A stretch of 56,528 bases of DNA, the filler included, from Platydemus manokwari (Eukaryota): assembly GCA_037951405.1 (NCBI GenBank). It is 4 parts of 4 records of this genome, joined end to end, with 100 filler letters (N's around TTAATTAATTAA, not from the genome) between each part and the next. Parts side by side here need not be neighbours in the genome. Positions count along the whole stretch, not along the records: positions 13,908 to 28,453 come from JBBMOY011446977.1; positions 28,554 to 45,557 come from JBBMOY011126996.1; 2 more parts are not named here. The stretch is one strand, 5' to 3'. Below, piece by piece: positions 26,001-38,200 of this stretch. Below the pieces are notes generated by a model. That model worked only from the letters and a program-made list of their open reading frames with translations, searched no databases and was not told the DNA's origin. The position numbers and the translations under genes were made by a program. Every line of letters starts with the position of its first letter. The stretch's first letter is position 1.

Positions 26001-26435
26001 AAAAATGAAATTTTTTCATTCTATCTTCTTTAATCGACGACAATTCTGATTTTTTCTTTAGTAAATCGTTCTCCTTTTTCACTAAAGAATCAATTGATTT
26101 GTAACTCCAATCAATTTTCAATTCGAAACATAATTGATGAATGTCATTCTAAATTTAGAAATATGAATGTGATAATTAAAAAGTTACAGGTTTAATTAAA
26201 AATTCAGAAAAATATAACTCACAGTTAAACTTTCTACAGATTTTTCCAATTCATATTTATGCCTATTTTCTTCTTCAAGCATATCATTCAACAAACATTC
26301 AACGTGTCGCTTTAATGACTTTGAACGTGTAATAAATTTCTCATTAGCCACACCTATTTCAACCCAAACGTCTACAATTTCGTGTATTTTCTTGTCAAAT
26401 TCATTAGTTAAATCATCTATCCAAGTTTGGTCCAT
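23067..26435 (-). CDS. PRC1: Protein regulator of cytokinesis 1 (MAP65/ASE1 family), multi-exon. Exons: 26435-26223, 26148-25870, 25820-25485, 25423-25229, 25177-25082, 25019-24711, 24650-24570, 24484-24449, 24369-24346, and a putative last exon 23204-23067
   Basis: N-terminus 'IVDVWVEIGV..KRHVECLLNDMLEEE' and signature 'NRGGILLKVEKER..KKELPKCE' match PRC1/ASE1. Every listed intron has GT..AG ends and keeps the frame. The 3' end below 24346 is uncertain. Confidence 0.9.
24060..24275. repeat. Degenerate tandem repeat in a PRC1 intron
   Basis: Recurring aaaaatcggg..gatttaatatcgattt(gatcaataaa) units. Confidence 0.65.
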
Positions 26436-26922
26436 TGATCTAAAATTAATAATTAGATTGCTATTTCATATCTCAAATTACAACTTTTATGATAAATTTT
26501 AATGTAAGTATTTATCACAAAGACAAAAAATTTTTTATAAAAGATTATTATATTATAACAGATTATTTAAACAAATGCGAAGTTTCATTAATTAGATGTA
26601 ATATATAAAAAATTTTATTAGCTAGAAATTTTGTCAAAACTAAATATCAATCAAAAGACTCCCATTGACAATAAAGTAAATTAGGTTAATTAAAATTTCT
26701 GAAACTTAAAATATGTAATTTAATTAAAAAATTACAATTAATTGAAAATCTTGAAAAAATTCTACTTTAAATTTTAAATTTTATTATATTTTTTAGATTA
26801 TTTTTAAAGAATATTTAAATTTAAAGAATATATAAATCTGTTTTAATTTATCATTTCTTTATTTCCTTTAGTAATTACAAAAGAATACATTTAAATTGTG
26901 TTATTTCGATTATTTTATAATC

Positions 26923-27294
26923 ATGTCTTCATTTTTGGAGGAAATTGTTAAATCAAGTTCATCGTACGATTGTAAAACAGGTATTGCTTAATTCACAGAG
27001 GTCTAAAATAATTGACATTTCAGACTCAGTTGCATTAGTTAATCAGGATAAAATGGAAACACGAATCATTAACGAAATGAATTCCATAGATATATTAACC
27101 AATGATGACGGATCCAAAACACTCAATTCTAATATTGATGAGTGGATGTTGTTTTTAAAGAAAAATATTCTTGTTAGAATTATTTTAGTTTTTCAATATA
27201 TTAATTTGGAACAAATTTTACAGGAAGAATTTGAAGGAATGAAACTTATTTTGAAGGAAGTCTCTAAGAATATTATTATCAATGAAATTAGAAG
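26923..27294 (+). CDS. 5' exons of an unknown gene divergent from PRC1 (exons 26923-26980, 27024-27172, 27224-27294; continues downstream)
   Basis: ATG, then G|GTATTG donor and TTTCAG acceptor (43-nt intron), GTTAGA..TTTACAG (51-nt intron), and an AG|GTTTGT donor. The spliced frame is open: MSSFLEEIVKSSSSYDCKTDSVALVNQDKME..EEFEGMKLILKEVSKNIIINEIR. Confidence 0.55.
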
Positions 27295-28453
27295 GTTTGT
27301 CATTGCAATTTTATAGATACAAAAATCACTTAATTTTATAATGAAATTATTAAATTATGAAACCAATAAGAAATTCATTAAATTATTAATAAATATTAAA
27401 AATAGAATAATTTAAAAATAACTTTTATTAATAAATTATTCTTATTGTGTAATTTCACTATAATTTTTGAAGTTTTATTGTATATATTACATTAAATACG
27501 AAAAGGGGGGCCTTTTAAGGCTGAGACAAAAATATAAAGATCGAATTATTTGATTTATAAAGATGTGCTTCAGGAAACCCATGACATACTGATATTTTAG
27601 TGATGTATTGATTTTATTTTGATTCCTATTTGTCGGTATCAGGTATGCTCTTGATGTAGCAAGTCTACTATTGGATCTGAATCCATGATCCATCCATCTA
27701 CCTTCTCACCATCAGCTATTAATGGCTTTCTCTCATAAACTACAAGCCGAAGTTTATAAGTAAATTATAAAGTCGTTCCTTCGACAATTAAAATGCATCA
27801 CATTCATAAATGATTCCAAAGACCCTTCTGTTAAGAGGTCAATATATAAAAAATAAATAAACTACCTTTTGATGAAAATTAGCCCTATTTCGGCCCTGCG
27901 TAGGAACCCTTAGGAACGATAGCTGCAATTATGATGGTGATGGTTTTATGATACTAGTAGTGTCCTATTTCGGCCTTCCACGGACTAAAAGAAATCTAGA
28001 AAATAGCTATCGTTTATATACTAACTTAGGAACCTATTCATCAAATAATTTAAGAGCCTGGATTACTATATTGTGTGTAAAAATCCAAGCAGAACGCGAT
28101 GGAATTTTAAAGCGGTGACATGCAATATATTTTGACACATTATTGCTGTTAGGATAAATCCCGTTGGAGTACGAAAACTTAAGGATATTCAATTCGTAAT
28201 GAATTACAGATTGGGCTACGAGTATAATAGATGATCGTGGCTCAATCAGACAATTAATTAAACATAATAATTAAATTATAATTAATTATAATTATTCTAC
28301 AAAGTATATATTAGCAACTGGTATAAATACACATTAGCCTACCCCTTTTAAATAGATTCTGTTCTTTAAATTTTTTGTTTTAATTGAATAAACATATTGT
28401 TTAATTTTGTTTTAACCTTTGAAATAGATTTTATGTATTCATTGTATGGTATA

Positions 28454-28553
28454 NNNNNNNNNNNNNNNNNNNNNNNNNNNNNNNNNNNNNNNNNNNNTTA
28501 ATTAATTAANNNNNNNNNNNNNNNNNNNNNNNNNNNNNNNNNNNNNNNNNNNN
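28454..28553. other. Artificial contig-join spacer N44-TTAATTAATTAA-N44
   Basis: Same structure as 13808-13907. Confidence 0.95.
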
Positions 28554-29462
28554 ATTATTAATATTACATCATGATATCATAATAATATTATTATTATTAA
28601 TTTATTTATAATAATAATAGTATTGTGTATATAATCTTAAACAATTCTTCTATCATCGTATTAAAATTATTTAATACATTCTTAAAATAGCTACATAATC
28701 TTTACTGCTCAAACTTGATGTGCTCGTATTTCTCATCTGACTCCTTTTCTAATAATCTTGATTAACGCTGAGGTTAAACAAAAATATTTTCACTACACAT
28801 ACACAACAGGTAGGGTACGCGCCCATTACAAACGGATAATAAAAATGATAAATGAGGAATAATTCCCATCACTTCTGCTGGGTTAGCAGCTCAGATTCTC
28901 TTTCTTACTGGATGACAATACTTAGTAACAAATGAGCTTCTTTACAACACAAGCACAGCAACACTATTTGAACTATACAATACGATAATCTACTTTACTG
29001 TCTTATAACCGCATCAGTTGCAAGAAAAACACTTTAAGTAAAAAATCATCTTACTTTACATTTTAAGCCGGGTTGAAATGGTAAATCTTGCAGTATGACC
29101 ACAATATTGATTGATATTTCGGAACGATCTTGCTGTGGAAATCAAAACACCTAGCGATAATCCCAAACATTCTTGTGCCATTGATATTTATTTTTATTCT
29201 GATAATTCGTGGAGTTTTAAAAAATTATATAAAAAACTTTTGCGATGACATCGATAAAGAAATTTATTGATCTGCACACTTGTTAAAATCACCTGGGATT
29301 GTGAAACCGACAAATGGGCATACTAATGGTCTGATTCCAAAGATGTTAGTCATTATTGGTTAAATTACGTTACAACTGGAGTCTCATGACTGATGAGTCG
29401 TTTTGTTTTTCATTATTTTATTATTATTTTTATTTTTATTTTTTTTCTTTCAATACTATTAA

Positions 29463-30319
29463 TCCTTTCAAGGAAAACATTTTTCCCGTCTCTGTGTTTT
29501 TTTGATAAATAATTACTCTTCGCAAATCGATGATTTCATACCTTTATAAATCATATTTAAAGCCATTAAAATGAATTCATTAAACAAAACGTTCAGACAC
29601 ATCAAAGAACGAAGATTGTTTTCATTATGAAAACCAAAAATATTTTTACTCCTTTCTCGATTTCCTTTCTCATTATGTGATGATGTCGAATGTTTGTCAT
29701 CTGTGTTCGCAATGCTTGGGTAATTTCCTTGATGGAGAACAATTTTTTTCTATTTTCCACGCTTTGATTTGTTTTTGTCAATTTCTTTCATTAGTCATCC
29801 TTTTCTTTCAATTCCTTTTCGCTCATCTCCATTAATTTTTGACTTGAATTTCATCGTTTAAGGAATCTATTTTATTTCTTCCGTGTCATTTTAAGAAATA
29901 ATGGATTTTTTGGTTACAAATAATATATTTCTACTCTTCATTTTATATTGATTTTTTTGGTTTCCGATTTCTCTGGTATATGTACTCAATGATTTTCTTC
30001 TGTTTTTCTTTTCAAAATGAAAACAAATTTAATATAATGAGTGAAGGAAAACGACAGATTTTAAATTAAATAAAGACGATTGATATCAAGAAGAATGACT
30101 GTGCATGGAATTCGATAAGAAATTCGTTGATGATCGCTACTGAAATGAAATCGAAATGCATTTTTTCCAGATTTTATAGCATTGAATAACAGCAAAGTAG
30201 TTACAGAATTATATTTATAACAAAGGTGGAGTTGTACATTCCAGAATGTGGGCTTATTTTATATATTTCTCAGTTTTGTGGCTTACCATTAGATTTAAAA
30301 TAACCCGGCTTTGAAAGGG
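29463..30319. mobile_element. Decayed piggyBac-like element
   Basis: Left end TTAA|TCCTTTCAAG, right end CTTTGAAAGGG|TTAC. This is a CCCTTTCAA-type TIR with a near-TTAA target site. Confidence 0.4.
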
Positions 30320-31899
30320 TTACGGTTTTATCCGATTTATCGAAACGCCAATTTTATTCCAGTAGATTTTATGAAGACTTTACTGATTTTTGAGAATTTT
30401 ATTTAAATAACCTAGTGGAAAATATTGCAGTCAATAAAAAATTCTCATAAAATCGAATAAAAGAGTGATGCTAAAACCTATTTAAAATTTTAATCAAATG
30501 TATTTAGCGTCCATTCTTGGTACAATTGTGAGGTACAAATAATCTCTTGTACAATTGAGGACTTTGTTTCTGTTTCATTTTATTAAGCAACTGTACCTGA
30601 TAGGAAACAATCTATTCTAAAATCCATTAACGACAATTCAGTCCAGTCAGAGATTTATTATCAATTATAAATCTTAAAAAATCGATGTAGCACCAACAAC
30701 TTGTTGATTGATATGGTTGAATGGATTCAATAATGTTTATTTAATTAAACAAATGGATTCTGCTTTAAAACGCATGGCAAAACAAGTATTTACTTGTAAA
30801 ATATTTTTAAATTTTTTAATAATTCGATAATTTTGTAAAAATCATTTTAATAATTCGATGTAATGTTCGATTTCATCGGTTTTCAATAAATGTTGACTTT
30901 TATATTTTAATATGAAATATGCTCGTGTTATTATCACTGAAACGAATATATTGATAAAATTTGTAATTTCAAAACAGTTCGTTTCTTAATAATGAATGAA
31001 TGAATTGTTAAAAGATTGTGGGAAGAATTTTGATGGACCAATAAATGCGAGACATTCAATAATTTTGAGAAATAGTGATGGGGTACCAAAATACAATCAT
31101 AACAATTGGTCGTGAATCATTGATAAGTTAGAATAAAATCGAATGAAGTGAGCGTTGATTGTTATCATTGAGGGGGTTTGTGATGAAATAAGAAATTTCT
31201 TGGTCAAATTCGGTGCTGATAGGTTAAAAGATCTGCCAAACCACTCTTTAGCTGATCAATCGGTGGGATTGTTAATCACTTCATCAGTAAACACCGATCA
31301 TTCTTACTGATATCAAATTCTATTGTTACGTGAGTGCTGGTGTCGAAAATTAAAAAAAATTAAATTTTAGTAAAATTATTTAAAAATTTAAAAAGATAAT
31401 TTTTGAATAATTTAATTATATTTTCATTTATATAAATTTTAAATATTTACGACTCCGATTAATGATGACAATGATTGAAGCTCTCTTGGAAATATTTTAA
31501 TTTCTTTATCAAAATATATTTTAAGTGATAAATATTTCGAAACACTTCTTAATGGCTAATTTTAATGATTTAATAAGTTAAATGACATAGCTACAGAGTC
31601 GAAAATCTGCAACCAAACCAACGTTGTGAGCTCAACAATTGTCCGGTTAATATCGAAGACAAAAACTCACAATGTCTATCAAGTCGCTCATTTCTCTCAA
31701 ATAAAATGCAAAAAGCATATATTCATCACACCACAACGGGAAATCGCAATCATTAACCAAGACTTAGAAACTTTCTATATATTTTTTCCATTTCAAAAAC
31801 TTATTACAAGGAAAGTCGCCTTTTTCTAATCCCTTGGAATGGTAATCGCTGGAACCTATAAATCCCTGTACAAATCAAATCATATTCACACTTTATCTT

Positions 31900-34800
31900 T
31901 TTTTGCAACCCAATACTTATGAGATTACCGGAAATCACTCTGAATTATCTCCAAAACCTTCAAGAAGTTAAAGAATTCATCGCGTCCTAACAATCATCAC
32001 TTACCACCCTTCACTCAAATCATCCATTTTTGCCATCCAACACATCCTAGACTATATTCATGAAGCCACTATGTTTAATATCGCCGTCCTTCCACAACTA
32101 AGAAATGATAACAACAAAAGGATGTCCAAGATCTTGTTATTTCGTAAACTGTCACTCCAATATGAGCCAGGAACCAGTTAGTCAACACATCCAATGTTCC
32201 TAGAAGCAATCAAAAACCTGGAACCCAATGCAAGTGACCTAACACAAATGCTGGCCATCGCTCGAGCTGCTATGACCACAATTGAGGCATCTAGATTCGC
32301 TCCGAAAAAGCTTATAAAACTATCAGTCCTTCACTTCTCAGATCAATCAATATATGAGTCCATTTCTAATGGACCTCAAGAAAACAATTAGAAACATCCT
32401 TCCATCTTCAGAACTAACATCGTTACCTACATTAGGAAAGATCATATAACATTTTTCAATTGCAGCCCCACCTCCTATCTGAAAACTTCTCACCTACGCT
32501 ACCGTGCCTCAAAGACAACTCAAACCTCAAGCAGATAAAATTGTCCGAAATTGACAACACATTCTGGAAACTCTAAAAGTCAGCACCTGGAACTGTTGGT
32601 ATCAACTTCAATGACTGGCTCGAGATTGATTCTCAGCACCTGTTCCTCTAATCACTATTTAACAGGTTCCTTAAAACAAAAATAATATCAAACAATGGAC
32701 AAAGTTTAACACTAATTACCTCCTCAAATCTGTCAAATAATCAACTTCCCATATCACTACATCATGGAGACCAATTGCTTCGACTGATATCTCATACTGG
32801 ATATTCACCACGATTTTAAGTCTCTGCTTACTCAAATGAATTGCCTCGGGTAACCTTATATCTCATAACCAAATGGGAAACTTTGGCTGTAACGAAAGCG
32901 CAGAACAGAATACCTATTTATTTTTCCTCTTGGAATACGCAGTGCAAAACAACAAATACCTGCATATATGTTGGATCGAATTCAAAGAAGCATTTGCAAG
33001 CCATTTATGTGAGGTCACCCTGGTATACACAACAAACAATGATAAAAGTCCCCTACATGACACTAAGTCAACTTATTCATGAGGTCAGATGAATTCACCA
33101 CTAATACCAATATACCGCAAAGTCAAATAAGGATATCCTCTTTCAATGCATTATTCTGCCTTTCAATTAATTACCCAATCCAATAATCCACAATACTACT
33201 GCAGCCTCTAGCAATACATGATAATCAATTTTCGACATTAGCCTACGCTGATGATCTAGTCATTATAGCTAACTCCGGAGAGAACTAAGAATTCAGGCTA
33301 AACCATTTTATTCATCTTGCTACCGATATTCATCTACACATCAATGTAAACAGATGCTGATGCTTCGCCAAAAACATCTTAAGCAGAATTAATCTTACAA
33401 ATCTGTGCTACTTGTAGACAGCACCAACCTGTATAAATATCTAGCAGTCCCTTTTAGTCTTCCAAAACATACACCAGCTAATTATTCTTCAGATATTCTT
33501 CAGTCAATTATTACCAACCTTGAAGTAAAAGCAGAATCTACACTGCATCCATCACAGTAATTCCAAGCCTACAATATCTTTTTACACTCAACCCTACCAT
33601 TCCACTTTAGAATACAACAAGTCGAAAAAAGGTACTGGACTCCGGCACTCTCATCACAAACAGAAAATAAGAACCTGCCTAATTAAGAATATCCGTGCCA
33701 TCTGTCGCAAAATTTTAAAGCTAAACAGTTTGAAATCGAGCAAGAACTTCTTTCTATATACTCCAACAAAACTGGGTGGAATTGGCCTAACTACTTCTTT
33801 AGTATAATATTGTATCTAAGGCATTGTCTGCGACTTCAAATTTATGACAAGTCCGGACAAGAAATTCAGAACTCACATTATGGAACATTTAACTGATCTA
33901 GTCAAATATAGTCTACAGGATACTTCAGACTTAACCATGGCATTTTACTAGATCTCTCATAGAATCGCCTCCGGTAAAATAAGCACAAAAGTAACTTGGT
34001 GAACCAAAACTCGATTCGCTGCTAGAAAACTTAGGAAACTACAAATTGATATTGAATTCAGTCACCACGACTGAGAGGTTTAATGATGGTAACTGTCAGC
34101 CTGAATAAGACTTACTTCTTCTCAAAAGACAACTTCGGGAAACTGTGTGACATCCTCCACGATTCGACATCAATGACTTTCTTCAACGAATAGTCAATTA
34201 GGTAAGACAGTCTGGTGGCACTGCTTAAACTGCCTCTTAATTATCACATTAAACCAGAAGCTTGAATTTTTCAGCATCACGCACGGAATAATTTGCTGTT
34301 GATAAATTTCACACCATACTTTGCCAAATTGTACAAATCAACATTTTACCGCTTGTGTAACACACTAACATATCTTCATTCATTTCCCAGCTGTGCTAGT
34401 CCTAGATTCGAGAAAACACGGAATGCTTCTAGATCGCCTCGGGCATTACTTGCAATCTCTTGGATATGATACCAATATTGATCCTACATTACCAGTATCA
34501 ACTACAAAATTAAGACCAGACCTTATCATTATGAATAAGATTAAGTGCCATTGTGGCTCTAAAAATATCCTTTGATTTAGTGGATAATTTTAACAAAAAA
34601 TACCGAAATATTGTGGCTCAAATAAGCAAGAAATCACGATTCAACACCAGTTTAGATGTAACCTGTATTTGAGACCCAATCCTGGTACCCACAAAATAAC
34701 AAAATCCTATCAAACATCGCCTTTGACAAATCACAAATAACCTTCATCTCCTGCTTCTAATAATCGCTTTGCGGAGGGATGCTTTTGTAACATATAGCGT

Positions 34801-35050
34801 TCACATCCATTGGAAGAGAATGAAAAATCCCTCGTAGACACGAGCCTTCAATTCAACTACCAGTACTAAGTACCAAAATTGACAATGCAAACTAGCAATG
34901 CTGACGAGAAACGAGACGAATCTTAATAAAAGAAGCTCCGAATGTTTAATGTATTTATAAAGAATTTGTTTGTGTAAAAACCATGGACCTACGTTAGAAT
35001 TTGTGCCACTGGGTCGTGAAGTTTTTGATGTTTATGTAAAATAAATTTTA
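31900..35050 (+). mobile_element. Decayed non-LTR retrotransposon, RLE type (R2/NeSL-like); boundaries approximate
   Basis: Ordered RT/RLE motifs across stops and frameshifts: SAPG (about 32580), SWRPIA (32762), AYADDLVII (33241), YKYLAVPF (33432), LGGIGL (33772), RKH..LRPDLII (34408-34530, RLE PD motif). Confidence 0.88.
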
Positions 35051-35176
35051 ATTTTGAAGATGTTGTGTAACATAAAAAATCAAAGAAGCTGTGGTTAGCT
35101 AAATTGAGAAGAAAATATAGGTGGTTGGATATTAAGCCATACAATTGAAAACACTTCCAATAAAATTTTTTAAGTC

Positions 35177-35278
35177 GAATATTTAGTAGAATATTTAGAA
35201 TATTTAGAGTAGAATATTTAGAGTAGAATATTTAGAGAGGAATATTTAGAGAAATAGAATAGAATATTTAGAGAAAAT
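35177..35278. repeat. Minisatellite with GAATATTTAG core (mostly 9-14-bp units, about 6 copies)
   Basis: gaatatttagtagaatatttagaatatttagagtagaatatttagagtagaatatttagag.. Confidence 0.9.
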
Positions 35279-38200
35279 ACTGAACTTGTTTAGAGCCCAA
35301 TATTCTAATAATTTTAATTAATTTGTCTGCTACATAAGAGTACTCAAGCACTTTCCGATCTTTATAAGCAAATAAGTTCTATCTGAATTCGAATTGTAAT
35401 AATTTCGTTTACTGAAGTTCTCTCGGCTGGATTAAATGCGACTCCTCGGTAAATCGTTGTGAACATTTTTTACTGTTAAAATTTTTTACATTCAACTGTC
35501 ACATGACTGTGATTATAAAATTCAACCTTTTCTTCCCGTGGGATTAATCGCGACTTGGTTATAACTTTGTTGTTCTTTTGTTCAGGCTTTTAAAATTTCT
35601 TATTTTTCATTTTATTTGTCTCGATTTTTAGTAATTAAAAATTTTATTTATTTTGCTTGCAAGGTTTATTTAAGAATACTATAAATAACTCAAATGTAGA
35701 TAAGATTAAAAATTAATAAATTAATATTTAATATTTATTCTGTCTACTTGGTTTTTACTCATGCGACTAATTTACAAATTTTCTTTATTTTAAATGTCAT
35801 TGACAGTTATTAATCTTATTAAACGATTTGAAATTATCCTCAATAAACTGCATATCAATAGAAATATTTCTTTCAATCATGTTAAGTAATAATTATTGAT
35901 ATTGATTATACATATTTATTATTGATCATTAAGTAGATACCAATTTTAAGATGGCTTATTGTGGAAACTATTGTTGCTCGCTACATACAAATCAAATTCT
36001 ACAGAAGAACAAATATGAACATTCGTCAGTTTTCCAAAAATATTTTAATTGATCGCTCCAATTATAATTTCGATAATTGTTGGTGAATTAAATACAATTT
36101 AGCCATCAAGAAAACCTACATAAATTAAATTTTCAAAATTCCAAATGAACTTGTAATGAAAATATGAAAGATATATTTGATAGAAATCAATTTTCAAAAG
36201 AAAGACTAACGCCCATAAATTGCATACCGTTGCCCAGTCAATAAATGTTTTGGAAATTTTAATAACAAAAACAAAAACGTTTCTAAATTTATGAGTTGCA
36301 ATCAATTAGACTTCACGAAAAAAAGTGTTTTTGTTTTTGCTACTGGATGATGTAGAGAAAAAATATCTTATGATCAAATTGTTGAACCAGACTGAAATGT
36401 TGACAAAAATAATTTTTTTTTTAATATTGCTAAAATTAATTTTGAAAATTTATAGAAAACATAATAAGCTGGATAATAACTGATTGAAATAGATTAAAGT
36501 GGGCGATTTAAATATGATAATTCTAAACAGAACCATTGATAGAGGGTATGAAATTTATAATCATATTAATATCTTAACGTAATGAATTAAGATTTTTATT
36601 AAGTAATTTTTTCAAGATACTCAGATACTTGGTAGTTGTGAATTGCTTCAAATCTTATTTCAGCATATTACTGAATGATAAGCACAGTAGAACAAAACTA
36701 AACATTTTCGCTGATGATTTTGAAATACCCTAGGAACTCACATACAAGGAGGTACATAGACACAAAAGATTAAATTAAAGATAAGGAAAACATACTAACC
36801 AAATTCGATCAAATATCGAAAATACACGAACACACATACATGATTCAATGAAATCGTGAAAAAAGAAGTTTGAAACCATTCAATAAAATTCATATATAAA
36901 TAATTACCGCCCTAATCGGGAAATTCAGTGATACTAAGGGCGTTCACTGTTTATCGTCAACCAGATTACATAGGCTTCAACGGAAAATAAGCCATGTTTG
37001 TCGAGACACTTATTAATTTAAGAGCTTGTGTTCATTGTGTGTGCTCAATTCCTAATCGATGTTTTAATCATCAAAATACAACACAAGTTATCAATTTATA
37101 AATCAATCCATGAGTATACACCATCGCATACCCATAAGTTTTGTCAATTTGAAATCTTTGTTGTATGCTGATTCTGATCGGTTGGTAATCATATCTTTGT
37201 CTACATGTTAAATATCCAAACAGGTTCCAATATTATTTTGCATGAGATTCTTCTATACAATGACAGTATGGATCATTTTCCACTCAAATTAGTAGGTGTC
37301 AAATGATACCTCTTAATTTATAATTGATTTTCTTCCTGGATTTTCTATCATTGTTCCTCGCTTTGTTTTACAGCATGGAACAATGTTTGTGCTATATAAG
37401 TTGGAGTCTGTTGCATGGTGTAAATAAAAGCAATCTTCGTGAGGTACTTAATTTCGAGCGGTTAAATTAGATATTGTCTTTAAAAGAAATTTTGAAAGAA
37501 ATCGACCGAATGAGGAATTATTATAATTTTGGAATTGAAAATATTTCATCTAAATTTTAATAATTTAAAAATTGATTTCCCAAACTAAATTTATAAGAGT
37601 TATGACCTTTCTCTGACAATTCCAACAGGCTTTTTTGACAAATAGGAAATCAAATCCAGCATTCCATAAGAAGGTCACAGTGTATACAAAACCACAACTA
37701 ATTCATTCAACTTAATTCTAATTTTACCCTAAACACGCAAATATGTTGCAGTTGTTGTGAAGTGCTACATTTCAATAACAATAATAAAAAAATCGTAGCC
37801 TGTCTTTTATCAATTGCGTGCATAGGAAATATATTGCGGAAATTTTCATTTGAATTTTAAACAAAAGTAAATGACTCGCTGCTGGGGCATTCATAACATT
37901 GAAAGAATCAATAATTAGATAACTAAATTTATTGGTGATTATTTACCTTTTATCAGAGAATTAGCATTTGGTAAAGTCTCAATCTATACATCGATAGAAT
38001 AATTTTACCAGTTATCTATTGGTGAATTCGAACTCAAGGTCATTTAACTCACATTACATATCATTATCAAGTTTTCCGTTTAAACCTGATATATAAAGGC
38101 TTCATAGCAGCACATAATTCAAAATTTTATCGAATTTTACAGGAAAAACAGTCATTTAGATATTTCTAAGTTTATAAATGAATGACTGAATTATTTTTCC

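Noticed and set aside
35177-35278. Short repeats resembling a CRISPR array (also 56403-56528)
   Set aside because: No unique spacers, no cas genes, and a eukaryotic context.
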